Shown: piece after piece, positions 46,853 to 56,234 of the stretch
Position numbering within the stretch: position 1 is the stretch's first letter
Layout: each line of letters starts with the position of its first letter
Source: a virus
Length of the DNA stretch: 64,000 nt
Direction: 5' to 3' (one strand)
IMG/VR virus record: IMGVR_UViG_3300021185_003351
Location: 64,001 to 128,000 of that record
Made by a program: the position numbers and the translations under genes
Notes under the pieces: model-generated
Told to the model about the DNA's origin: nothing
Seen by the model: only the letters and a program-made list of their open reading frames with translations
Database searches by the model: none

Positions 46853-47080
46853 ATGATAGACTTATTAGGATGGATTAGTACTGGATTAGTATTATTAGGG
46901 TATGTTTATAATGCTCGCCAATTAACTATATATGCAATGATTGCATGGATTATAGGAGATACAGGATGGATAATATATGATTTCTTTATCGATAATTTTA
47001 GTCATCTAGTACTAAGTTTTGTTATTATATCAATTAATATATACGGAATGTATAACATAAAAAAAGCAGAAAAACAATAA
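46853..47080 (+). CDS. Small three-helix membrane protein (PnuC/SWEET-like half)
   Basis: LLGWISTGLVLLGY ... WIIYD ... INIYGMYN. Confidence 0.55.
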   Translation: MIDLLGWISTGLVLLGYVYNARQLTIYAMIAWIIGDTGWIIYDFFIDNFSHLVLSFVIISINIYGMYNIKKAEKQ

Positions 47081-49600
47081 ATGTATCAAAATATAGCATA
47101 TCATAAGAAAACTGGCACAATGCATGTATGGGATGACGAATTAGGTCATAAAACTTTTAAGTTTACTCCATATGGATATATTCCAGATACAAATGGAGAA
47201 TATGTATCACTAAATGGCACTAAATTATCAAAGACTCCAGGCAATCATAGAGATAATTCAGATGCATATGAATCTGATTTAAATGAAGAGGTTAGAACAT
47301 TAATAGACTTATATTATGAGTCTGATTTAGTATCCACTGGTCATTCCGACTTCTTTTTTGATATTGAAACAGCAAAAGATGCAGATGGATATTCTACTCC
47401 AGAAGATGTTAGAACCGAAATAACATCAATAGCATATTATGACAAAGTTGGCAAAGATAGGAGAGTATTAGTATTGGATAAAGCAAACAGATTATCTGAT
47501 GACATTATATACGGTGATAACTATACTGTTGAGGTATTTGATAATGAAGCAAATTTGCTAATTAAATTTATTAACTATTTTTCAGAAATACAACCTACTG
47601 TTATAACTGGCTGGAATACTGATGGGTATGATATTCCATATCTTATTAATAGAATTAAAAAAGTATTAGGTCCTAAGTCTGCCAATAAATTATCTCCAGC
47701 TGGAATTGTAGAATGGAATAAACATCGTGAAAGATATAAAATATTTGGAGTTTCTAGTTTAGATTATATTAAATTATATAAAAACTTCACATATACAGAA
47801 CTTCCTAATTATAGATTAGATACAGTAGGTAAAACAGAGTTAGGTAAAGGTAAAATTGAATATGATGGTGACTTAGATGATTTATTTGTTTCAGACATTA
47901 ACAAGTTCATAGAATATAATATGACTGATGTTGATCTTGTATATGAGTTGGATGAAAAATTACAATTAATCAACTTAGCAAGAACTATATGCCATAAAGG
48001 ACATGTTCCATATGAAGATGTTTATTACGCATCTAAATATCTTGATGGTGCAGCTATTGTAGATTTAAAAAGAAACGGATTAGTAGCTCCAAATAAACAA
48101 TTTAGATTTGTTGAAGATGAAGAGCAGAATAAATTAGCCGGTGCATATGTTATGCCTCCTATACCAGGCCTATATAAATGGATATACGATTTAGATTTAA
48201 CATCTCTATATCCATCCATCATAATGAGCCTTAATATATCTCCAGAAACTAAAATAGGTGTTATTCCAAATTGGAAACAAGAATCATTGCTAAGTAAAGA
48301 GCCTGTTAGTGTAGTATGTAACGGCCAGACTATTCCAGATATTAAACAATGGCTAATTGATAATAAATTTACTGTTGCAAGTAATGGAGTAGTATATGAT
48401 ACTAGAAGTAAAGGATTCTTACCAAAGATATTAGAAAAATGGTTTGATGAACGTGTTAAATTTAAAAATGAACGAGATAATCATGAAGTAGGAAGTGATA
48501 AGTATAAATTTTATGATGCAATGCAATTAACACAAAAAGTATTGTTAAATTCATTTTATGGAGTATTAGGATTAAAGACATTTAGATTTCATGATTTAGA
48601 TAACGCAGGAGCTATCACAGCAACTGGCCAAAGTGTTATTAAATTTTCTGCAAAAGTTATTAATGGGTACTATAAGAAAGAAGTTGGTAAAGATTATTTT
48701 ATTAATGCTAATGGCAATAAAGCAGAATTTTCATTCTATACAGATACAGATTCAACATTTGTATCTAGTTTACCTTTAATAGAAAAAAGATATCCTGGAT
48801 TTGATGAATCTGATGAAAAGTTTATGATTGAAAAAACAAATGAAATAGCATCTGAAATACAATCGCATGTAAATAAAATGTATGATCAATATGCAGTTCA
48901 TTTTCATAATACATTTGATCATAGATGGCAAATTAAACAAGAATATGTTGCTAAGTCTGGTCTGTGGATAGCAAAAAAGAGATATGCTCAGTGGGTAATA
49001 TTTAAAGAAGGTAAACCTACGGATAAAATGGATATAAAAGGATTAGACGTAGTCAGATCATCTTTCCCTACTGAATTTAAAACTATAATGAAAGAAACAT
49101 TATGGTATATACTCAAAGAAAAGTCAAAGAATGCCACAACTAACTTAATAATGGATTTCAAAGACAAAATACAAGATTCTCCAATATTGGATGTCATGAA
49201 GAATACAGGTGTTAAAAATATCACAAAGTATACTAAAGGAAGAAAAACATTATCTGGATATCCATTAGGAACCCCAGTACATGTTAAATCTTCAATAAAT
49301 TACAATGATATGCTTAAACATTTAGGTATAAATAAAAATGCAAAAAACTTTGCAGATATACAAAATGGAGATAAGATTAAATGGGCGTATCTTAAAACAA
49401 ATCAAATGGGGTTTGATACCATTGCACTTAGAGGTTATGAAGATCCAACCCAAATAACAGAATTTGTTGAAAAATTTATTGATAGAAATAAAATATTTGA
49501 CAGAGAGATACGTGGAAAGTTAGATGACTTTTACGCATCAATGAATTGGGATAAACTTCCTGAAAATAATAATATGAATAAGTTCTTTTCATTTGGATAA
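47081..49600 (+). CDS. Family B DNA polymerase (T4 gp43-like)
   Basis: Exo FFDIET, TGWN, YNMTD; pol DLTSLYPS, KVLLNSFYG, YTDTDS, KKRY, KGLD. Confidence 0.97.
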   Translation: MYQNIAYHKKTGTMHVWDDELGHKTFKFTPYGYIPDTNGEYVSLNGTKLSKTPGNHRDNSDAYESDLNEEVRTLIDLYYESDLVSTGHSDFFFDIETAKDADGYSTPEDVRTEITSIAYYDKVGKDRRVLVLDKANRLSDDIIYGDNYTVEVFDNEANLLIKFINYFSEIQPTVITGWNTDGYDIPYLINRIKKVLGPKSANKLSPAGIVEWNKHRERYKIFGVSSLDYIKLYKNFTYTELPNYRLDTVGKTELGKGKIEYDGDLDDLFVSDINKFIEYNMTDVDLVYELDEKLQLINLARTICHKGHVPYEDVYYASKYLDGAAIVDLKRNGLVAPNKQFRFVEDEEQNKLAGAYVMPPIPGLYKWIYDLDLTSLYPSIIMSLNISPETKIGVIPNWKQESLLSKEPVSVVCNGQTIPDIKQWLIDNKFTVASNGVVYDTRSKGFLPKILEKWFDERVKFKNERDNHEVGSDKYKFYDAMQLTQKVLLNSFYGVLGLKTFRFHDLDNAGAITATGQSVIKFSAKVINGYYKKEVGKDYFINANGNKAEFSFYTDTDSTFVSSLPLIEKRYPGFDESDEKFMIEKTNEIASEIQSHVNKMYDQYAVHFHNTFDHRWQIKQEYVAKSGLWIAKKRYAQWVIFKEGKPTDKMDIKGLDVVRSSFPTEFKTIMKETLWYILKEKSKNATTNLIMDFKDKIQDSPILDVMKNTGVKNITKYTKGRKTLSGYPLGTPVHVKSSINYNDMLKHLGINKNAKNFADIQNGDKIKWAYLKTNQMGFDTIALRGYEDPTQITEFVEKFIDRNKIFDREIRGKLDDFYASMNWDKLPENNNMNKFFSFG

Positions 49601-49622
49601 TTCAATAAAATTAATTATAATA
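49593..49622 (+). promoter_or_regulatory. Putative early/middle promoter TTGGA-N17-TTATAATA
   Basis: Heads the orf-dpdL-GT-orf-dpdA-clamp operon. Confidence 0.6.
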
Positions 49623-49632
49623 AAGAAAAAAT

Positions 49633-50085
49633 ATGTACGGTAAGCATCAATGGAAAGGTAGAGAAGTAGAAGGTCGTTATTCAGATCTTATGACTTTCTT
49701 CGTAAGAGACTTAAATCATAATATTAAAAAAACTTATGGTTTAGAAGTAGAAAATTTTAATGAATATCCTCATTATTATTTTACAATTGAATTCATGAAA
49801 AAGTCTATGAAAGACGAAAAATATTTGGAAAGTATTAGACGTATATTAGATGAATCAAATTGTGCTGTAACTATAGAAGCTACTAAAGACACTTTAGACA
49901 CAATTAAACCAGACTTATTTAATAGATGTCATATTATATATAGAATTTCAGATCCTTATTTAGAAATGCTTAAAGACACTGACACATTATCAATCGATGC
50001 AGGTTGGTATAGAGTTCATCAAGTAACTAAATGTAATATGATGGAAATTCAACCAGATAACTATAAATTTGACGAAGAAATATGA
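49633..50085 (+). CDS. Hypothetical protein, first gene of the modification operon
   Basis: GREVEGRYSDLMTFFV; ATGA overlap with the dpdL-like gene. Confidence 0.6.
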   Translation: MYGKHQWKGREVEGRYSDLMTFFVRDLNHNIKKTYGLEVENFNEYPHYYFTIEFMKKSMKDEKYLESIRRILDESNCAVTIEATKDTLDTIKPDLFNRCHIIYRISDPYLEMLKDTDTLSIDAGWYRVHQVTKCNMMEIQPDNYKFDEEI

Positions 50086-50429
50086 AATATTCAGTAGTTG
50101 TATCATTTAGCGTAGAAGGATTTCATTGTTGGCCAGAAGCTAAAGAAATTTTCCCGGAAGTTGGATTTTTATCTGACAGACATAGGCATATGTTTGGATT
50201 CCGTTGCTATGCAAAAGTAACACATACAGATAGAGATGAAGAATTTATTTTAATGCAAAGAAAATTAAAAAAACAACTAAGAACTAATTTTGGTGGTAAT
50301 ATATTAGAATTTGGTAGAATGAGTTGTGAAGATATAGGCGCTTGGATTTTAGAACAAAATAATAATTTGTATAAAGTAGAAGTTTGGGAAGATTGGGAAA
50401 ACGGAGCAATAGTAGAATTAGGTTATTAA
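50082..50429 (+). CDS. dpdL: QueD-like T-fold protein, DpdL-type (predicted CDG decarboxylase)
   Basis: EGFHCWP, LSDRHRHMF (LxxxHRHxF), SCEDI, EVWEDWENGA. Confidence 0.75.
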   Translation: MKYSVVVSFSVEGFHCWPEAKEIFPEVGFLSDRHRHMFGFRCYAKVTHTDRDEEFILMQRKLKKQLRTNFGGNILEFGRMSCEDIGAWILEQNNNLYKVEVWEDWENGAIVELGY

Positions 50430-50430
50430 T

Positions 50431-51618
50431 ATGAAAAAAGTATTTTATTTTGGTTTAGAGCCTTTAAAGGCTAGATATACATATCAGTTATCTAAAGAAT
50501 GGATGCCGGCAACATTCCAGCCATATGTTGATGCAGGTAAAATTGAATATATTGATGTAGAAGGAGAATTTGATCCAGATCAACAAATTAAAATTGGAGC
50601 TGTATTAGATGCAGTAGGTAGAGGTAAGTTTGCTATGAGTCAATGTAGCAACTTTTTAGATATGATGAATCGAGATGAGGTTAGAGACGGAGATGTTATA
50701 TTTTTACAAGACTATTGGCATCCAGGTATCGGATCTATTTTGTATGCAGCTGATTTATATGGTATTAAATTGGAAATATATGCAATGTTACATGCTCAAA
50801 GTGTAGATGAATATGATTTTACATATCCTATGAGAACATGGATGCGAGGTTTTGAATTAGGTTTAGACAAAAGAATGACAGGTATATTTGTAGGATCTAG
50901 TATTCATAAAGAACAACTACGAGTAGCTGGATTTGAATCTCCAATACATGTTGTTTCATTACCAATTCATAAACAAGCTACATTAGACAAATTGCCTAGT
51001 TATAACTCCGGTGCAGAAAGAAAACCATTTGTTGTATACTCTAGCAGATTAGACAAAGAGAAAAATCCATTTTTCATGATGGAAGTAGCAACAGAATTTC
51101 TACAAGAATATACAGATTGGGAATGGCACATAACTACCTCAGGCAAAGAGTTTAGATCAATGTTACCAGGCGTTATTGATAAATTAAGATCATTAGCAAA
51201 ACAAGAGCCTAGATTTAAATTATTAGAAGGATTAACAAAAGAAGAATATTATACAGAGTTATCTACTTGCAGTATACAGTTTAATTCAGCTTTACAAGAT
51301 TATGTATCATGGACTGTAATTGAAGCTACTGCTTTTGGAGCAGATATTGTATATCCTAATTTTAGATCATTTCCAGAATTTATTGACAGTAAAAGAATGT
51401 ATAAACCATTTAATGTACAATCTGCATTAGATACATTTAGTGATGTAATGCTGTTTCCTAATAGACACAATGAAATAGTAGATATATCTGATCTAGGTAG
51501 ACAAATGGAAGGATACATTGTAGCAAATGGTATTAATCAAGAAATTAATGTTTGGCATGAAGCCGAATATTGTAAAATTTTATTAAATAAAAAAGAGGAA
51601 AAACATGAAAATAGATAA
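50431..51618 (+). CDS. GT-B fold glycosyltransferase inside the DNA modification operon
   Basis: LEPLKARYT, HAQSVD, SSRLDKEKNP, ALQDYVSWTVIEA, YPNFRSFPE. Confidence 0.8.
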   Translation: MKKVFYFGLEPLKARYTYQLSKEWMPATFQPYVDAGKIEYIDVEGEFDPDQQIKIGAVLDAVGRGKFAMSQCSNFLDMMNRDEVRDGDVIFLQDYWHPGIGSILYAADLYGIKLEIYAMLHAQSVDEYDFTYPMRTWMRGFELGLDKRMTGIFVGSSIHKEQLRVAGFESPIHVVSLPIHKQATLDKLPSYNSGAERKPFVVYSSRLDKEKNPFFMMEVATEFLQEYTDWEWHITTSGKEFRSMLPGVIDKLRSLAKQEPRFKLLEGLTKEEYYTELSTCSIQFNSALQDYVSWTVIEATAFGADIVYPNFRSFPEFIDSKRMYKPFNVQSALDTFSDVMLFPNRHNEIVDISDLGRQMEGYIVANGINQEINVWHEAEYCKILLNKKEEKHENR

Positions 51619-51784
51619 ACAAGGTTTAGAAGAAATTAGAAGTACTATTGAAACTCCCTTTAAAGCTTTAGCAGAACAGCTAAGTGATAAAGGATGTTTA
51701 GATAAACAATCTGCAGAAATAGTAACATTTATATTTTCGAAAATTGAAACTCTCGGAGATTCATCATGGGAAGTAATTGATTAA
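51605..51784 (+). CDS. Small hypothetical protein, 59 aa, not in the ORF track
   Basis: MKIDKQGLEEIRSTIETPFKALAEQLSDKGCLDKQSAEIVTFIFSKIETLGDSSWEVID; TAATG coupling to the dpdA-like gene. Confidence 0.6.
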   Translation: MKIDKQGLEEIRSTIETPFKALAEQLSDKGCLDKQSAEIVTFIFSKIETLGDSSWEVID

Positions 51785-53034
51785 TGGATAAAAATTTTAT
51801 ATATTATCCATCGTTATCAGCTGGTAGTATGGTGTCTGCATTCAAAAAGAATACAAAATTTGAGGATGGAACTACAACAAGATTCTTTTCAAAAGAGTAT
51901 CCTGCAGAATGGAGACATCCATATTTCTTAATCACTGCTGGACATCATTTCAAAAAGATGGATTTTCGTGATCAGTTAGGTTTAGATGATGAGGTATTAG
52001 TATTCGGAGATTCAGGCGGATTCCAAATAGCAACAGGAGCTTTAAAGTGGGACGGTACTATTCGTGAAAGAATATTTGAATGGTTAGAACATAATTCAGA
52101 TGTAGCAGCAAATTTAGATATTCCACCAAGAGCAAAATATGAAAATAGATTTGCCGAATCCATGGATATTAGTTTTGATAATTTTAAATATTTTGAATCT
52201 AAACAAACTGGAAAAACTGATTTCTTAAATGTTATACAAGGAACATATACAGAAGAATATGAAGAATGGTATCATAAGTTTAAGGATTTTGCATTTAATG
52301 GTTGGTGTATCGGAGGCCCTAAGAAATTAGTAGATTTCATGTATGTTATTGCTTTAATGTTAAAGGAACGAGAATTTGAAAAGAATCATGTAAAGTATAT
52401 ACATTTACTAGGAATATCAAAAATATCAGACTTTTTTATATTAGCAACATTACAAAAGTTAATTAACAAATTAACTGATAACAGAGTATTATTCTCAACA
52501 GATTCTAGTTCACCAGGACAATATCCAGTATTTGGAACATATTTACATTCTGGGAATTATAAAACTCAAACATTTACAGAATTATACTTTCCAAAAAATA
52601 ATGAATATAGAAGAAAATCTCATGCTAATAGATCTAATAAAACAGTAGCCATTGACACTACTAAACACGTGCCATGTAGTTTAGGCTGCCCTGCTTGTAA
52701 TGATTTTACATATGATTATTTAGGAGGCCAGACAGCAACTGGGTTAGATAGATATAGCCAAGAAGGTATGCCTAGAATGGTTATACATAATACTCATTTA
52801 TATGTCGACATTGCAAAAGATGTAAGCAAACTAGTAAATAATCATGTTGAATTGTTAGAAACAGCAATTCCAAAACCATTATACGATGTTATATTATCAT
52901 TACACGATATGTTTGCCGATCCAGACAATGCAATGAGAGTATATGCGACTTATAAAAAAACATACAAAAAGTTTGGTGGTGATAGTATATCAACTACTGA
53001 CGCAAATCAATTCAATAAATTCTTTAAATTTTAA
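51784..53034 (+). CDS. dpdA: TGT-fold transglycosylase, DpdA-like (7-deazaguanine insertion)
   Basis: GDSGGFQ, NLDIPP, NVIQG, WCIGG, IHLLG, STDSSSP, Zn site CSLGCPAC...HN; context of dpdL, folE, queD and queE. Confidence 0.8.
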   Translation: MDKNFIYYPSLSAGSMVSAFKKNTKFEDGTTTRFFSKEYPAEWRHPYFLITAGHHFKKMDFRDQLGLDDEVLVFGDSGGFQIATGALKWDGTIRERIFEWLEHNSDVAANLDIPPRAKYENRFAESMDISFDNFKYFESKQTGKTDFLNVIQGTYTEEYEEWYHKFKDFAFNGWCIGGPKKLVDFMYVIALMLKEREFEKNHVKYIHLLGISKISDFFILATLQKLINKLTDNRVLFSTDSSSPGQYPVFGTYLHSGNYKTQTFTELYFPKNNEYRRKSHANRSNKTVAIDTTKHVPCSLGCPACNDFTYDYLGGQTATGLDRYSQEGMPRMVIHNTHLYVDIAKDVSKLVNNHVELLETAIPKPLYDVILSLHDMFADPDNAMRVYATYKKTYKKFGGDSISTTDANQFNKFFKF

Positions 53035-53046
53035 AAATAAAAGCAA

Positions 53047-53754
53047 ATGGAAAAAAGTAAATTACAATCGTTTATTAACAGATATTATCTAGCAGGAAAT
53101 TGCGAAGCTGTAACTGTTAAAGCAAATGGTCAGTCTGTTAATTGTGAATTAATAGATGTTGATCAAACAGTAGTCGGAAAAATAAAATGGAAAACAGATC
53201 CATTTATGTCTGGCGAATTAGGTATTAATCATACAGGTGGATTAACAAAAATGTTATCCGCAGTAGGTGAAAATATCGATATCAATGTACAAGAGTCTGC
53301 AGGTAAGAATTATGCTATGAAGATCAAAGAAGGAAGTACCACAATGACTTTCATGTTAGCTGATACTTCTGTTATACCAGCAGTTCCTGCAATTAACGCA
53401 GAACCAGAATATAATGTTACAATTGATATTGATGAATTATTTGTTAATAAATTTATAAAAGCAAAAAATGCATTACCAGACGCAAAGAATTTTGCAGTAC
53501 AAGTACAAAACGGTAAAATAAAGTTTATTATTAATTATACAACTATTAATTCAGACAATGTTACATTTGAAATAGATGGTGGTACAGAAGCAATGGAACC
53601 AATTTGTTTCTCTGCAGATAAACTAAAAGAAGTATTAACTGCAAATAAAGGAGATAAAGGTACAATGCATTTTTCATCTAAAGGATTAGCTAGAATAGAT
53701 TTTACAGGTCCTGACTTTGATTCAAATTATTGGTTAGTTCAATTACAAAATTAA
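53047..53754 (+). CDS. DNA polymerase sliding clamp (gp45/PCNA-like)
   Basis: 235 aa two-domain beta/alpha pattern; next to the clamp loader gene. Confidence 0.75.
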   Translation: MEKSKLQSFINRYYLAGNCEAVTVKANGQSVNCELIDVDQTVVGKIKWKTDPFMSGELGINHTGGLTKMLSAVGENIDINVQESAGKNYAMKIKEGSTTMTFMLADTSVIPAVPAINAEPEYNVTIDIDELFVNKFIKAKNALPDAKNFAVQVQNGKIKFIINYTTINSDNVTFEIDGGTEAMEPICFSADKLKEVLTANKGDKGTMHFSSKGLARIDFTGPDFDSNYWLVQLQN

Positions 53755-53755
53755 T

Positions 53756-54184
53756 ATGGAAGTACGAGTAATAAATAAATCAGACAACGATCTTCCTGGC
53801 TATGAAACTATAGGTAGTGCCGGATGTGATGTTAGATCAACTCATGGAGCAATAATAGGACCTGGATTGAGTACTTTAATTAAAACTGGGTTATATGTAG
53901 AAATACCAGTAGGTTATGAAATACAAGTGAGGCCAAGAAGTGGATTAGCATATAAAAAACAAATAACGGTTTTAAATAGTCCTGGCACTATAGACGCAGA
54001 TTATAGAGGAGAAATTGGAGTAATTATAATTAATCACGGATTATCAAAAGTTACTTTAGAAAAAGGCGAACGAATAGGACAATTAGTATTAAATAAAGTT
54101 GAACAAATAAAATGGAATCCTGTATTAGCATTAGCCGACACTACGAGAGGTTCTGGAGGATTTGGATCAACAGGAAAACAATAA
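53756..54184 (+). CDS. dut: Trimeric dUTPase
   Basis: SAGCDV, QVRPRSGLA, NSPGTIDADYRGEI, RIGQLV, RGSGGFGSTG. Confidence 0.97.
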   Translation: MEVRVINKSDNDLPGYETIGSAGCDVRSTHGAIIGPGLSTLIKTGLYVEIPVGYEIQVRPRSGLAYKKQITVLNSPGTIDADYRGEIGVIIINHGLSKVTLEKGERIGQLVLNKVEQIKWNPVLALADTTRGSGGFGSTGKQ

Positions 54185-54187
54185 ATT

Positions 54188-55114
54188 ATGTTTGGAGTAA
54201 CAGAAAATACACTTTGGGTAGAAGCATTTAGACCTGATACATTAGATGGATATATTGGTAATGAGCATATCATTGATAAAGTTAAAATATTCATTGAAAA
54301 TGGAGATGTTCCACATTTGCTATTTTATGGAGGAGCAGGCACAGGTAAGACTACATTAGCAAAAATTATTGCAAATAATGTAGATGCAGATTTAATGTAC
54401 ATTAATGCATCTGATGAAAACTCAGTAGACGCAGTAAGAGATAAAATAAAAAGATATGCATCTACAGTAGGATTTAAAAGATGGAAAATTGTTATATTAG
54501 ATGAAGCTGATTATCTTACCCCAAATGCACAAGCAGCATTGAGAAATATAATGGAAACATATAGTAAAACTACTAGATTTATTCTAACATGTAACTATGT
54601 TGAAAAAATTATAGATCCAATTCAAAGTAGATGTCAAACATTTGGTATTGCACCTCCTAGCAAAAAAGATGTAGCTCAACGATTAGTTACAGTATTAGAA
54701 GAAAAACAAGTTGAATATGACATTAAAGATGTTGCAGCTATTATTAATTCTTCATATCCTGATATACGTAGAGCAATTAATGCAGCACAAAGCCATGTAG
54801 TTAAAGGTAAGTTAACATTAGACAAAAATAGCGTTGTACAAGCTAATTATATGACTAAATTACTAGAGTTATTAAAGAATGTAACAGATAAAAAAGAAAC
54901 ATTTAAAAGTATCCGACAAATTATAGCAGATAGCAAAGTTAAAGATTTTACACCGCTATATACTTATTTGTATGAAAATTTAGATGAATTTGCAACTGGA
55001 TCTATTGCTTCTTGTATATTAATTATAGCAGAATCTCAGTATACTGATTCTCATGTAGTAGATAAAGAAATAAATATAATGGCAATGTTTGTTAAATTAA
55101 TGAATGAATTATGA
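54188..55114 (+). CDS. Clamp loader AAA+ subunit (gp44/RFC-like)
   Basis: LWVEAFRP, GGAGTGKTT, INASDE, ILDEAD, FILTCNY, IQSRC. Confidence 0.95.
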   Translation: MFGVTENTLWVEAFRPDTLDGYIGNEHIIDKVKIFIENGDVPHLLFYGGAGTGKTTLAKIIANNVDADLMYINASDENSVDAVRDKIKRYASTVGFKRWKIVILDEADYLTPNAQAALRNIMETYSKTTRFILTCNYVEKIIDPIQSRCQTFGIAPPSKKDVAQRLVTVLEEKQVEYDIKDVAAIINSSYPDIRRAINAAQSHVVKGKLTLDKNSVVQANYMTKLLELLKNVTDKKETFKSIRQIIADSKVKDFTPLYTYLYENLDEFATGSIASCILIIAESQYTDSHVVDKEINIMAMFVKLMNEL

Positions 55115-55332
55115 TGAATCCAAATCAACCAAATATCAATCCTGCAGATTTAAAACCAATGATCTGTACAGAATGCGGAGGAATGTATTTTAGACAAGTA
55201 ATGAGTATTAACAAAGTATCTAGATTTGTAACTGGTGCAGACAAAGACACAGTAGTCCCAATACCAGTATTTAGATGTGACGATTGTGGACATGTTCCAG
55301 AAGAGTTTAGACCAGTAATACCTAGTAAGTAA
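55111..55332 (+). CDS. Small zinc-ribbon protein
   Basis: CTECG ... CDDCGH. Confidence 0.7.
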   Translation: MMNPNQPNINPADLKPMICTECGGMYFRQVMSINKVSRFVTGADKDTVVPIPVFRCDDCGHVPEEFRPVIPSK

Positions 55333-55544
55333 TGGGAGCTCCATATCCAAAAGAACCAGTAGTCTTAGTTTTCAAAACATCAAATAGGTCAAATGCTCGA
55401 ACTAAAATGAAAGTTTATAAAAATAAAAATGTTGATTATGTAAACGAAAAGAAACTTCCAGGAGTGCCAGAAAATTCAATATTTTTGGAATTAGCTATTG
55501 GAGAACATTATATTGAAAAATACAAACAAAAATATAAATTATGA
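55332..55544 (+). CDS. Small basic hypothetical protein
   Basis: Coupled 70 aa ORF. Confidence 0.55.
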   Translation: MGAPYPKEPVVLVFKTSNRSNARTKMKVYKNKNVDYVNEKKLPGVPENSIFLELAIGEHYIEKYKQKYKL

Positions 55545-55984
55545 CAAAGAAACCTGCAACTATTTTCGATTTCATTGATGGGATGACTCATAAGAAGAAA
55601 GCTTGGTCTGAATATACAGAAATAGACCATAAAAAGTTTTCTCCTTTTCTAATTAATAGATGGTTATCAATGAGAATAGAACTAATTGAAGTTATCAATC
55701 AGTTACAGAAATACACAATAGGGTTACTATCCCATGAGAATACTTATCGTCTCTATCACGGCCTCTTACCAGCCCAGAGAACCTTTGCTAAGTACGTAAA
55801 AGGAAAAAAGGAAGATAAGTATGACAAACAGTTAGTTTCACACATTGCAGACCACTACCTAATAAGTAAAGCAGAGGCCATTGATTATATCGAGTTAATG
55901 CCAAAAGATAGTTGCAGTTCTTTGTTATCATTATATGGATATACAGAAAAAGAAATTAAAAAAATGCTAAAAGGTAAAAAATGA
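55541..55984 (+). CDS. Clamp loader small subunit (gp62-like)
   Basis: TIFDFI, FSPFLINRWLSM, AKYVKGKK, IADHYLISKAEA. Confidence 0.7.
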   Translation: MTKKPATIFDFIDGMTHKKKAWSEYTEIDHKKFSPFLINRWLSMRIELIEVINQLQKYTIGLLSHENTYRLYHGLLPAQRTFAKYVKGKKEDKYDKQLVSHIADHYLISKAEAIDYIELMPKDSCSSLLSLYGYTEKEIKKMLKGKK

Positions 55985-56208
55985 CATTTGAATCAGATAA
56001 CACAGAATCAATAAATACACAATATCATTATGTTGGTAAATCTAGTTTATACAAATTTTCAGAAGAATGGGAGTTAAACTCATATGAATTTGATATTATT
56101 AAAAGAATTGTCAGGTGTAGGAAAAAAGGTCAATTTGAAGAAGACTTAAAAAAATCAAAGGATTTAATAGATATATATCTTACTGAACATTTGGATCAAT
56201 CCGAATAA
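55981..56208 (+). CDS. DUF3310-like protein (possible nucleotide kinase)
   Basis: HY...IIKRIVRCRKKG...EDLKKS pattern. Confidence 0.6.
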   Translation: MTFESDNTESINTQYHYVGKSSLYKFSEEWELNSYEFDIIKRIVRCRKKGQFEEDLKKSKDLIDIYLTEHLDQSE

Positions 56209-56220
56209 TTTCTTATAATA
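56191..56220 (+). promoter_or_regulatory. Putative early/middle promoter TTGGA-N17-TTATAATA
   Basis: Upstream of 56235. Confidence 0.6.
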
Positions 56221-56234
56221 TAATAAAAAAGAAT

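Noticed and set aside
38103-49600. Inteins or introns in the helicase, NrdJ or PolB genes
   Set aside because: Protein lengths are normal, motifs are contiguous, and no intein or homing endonuclease signatures are present.
51784-53034. Canonical tRNA-guanine transglycosylase for queuosine
   Set aside because: Lacks the bacterial Tgt N-terminal TPxFMPVGT region, has no queC/queF/queA partners in the window, and lies in a DNA replication operon. DNA modification is the better reading, though not proven.
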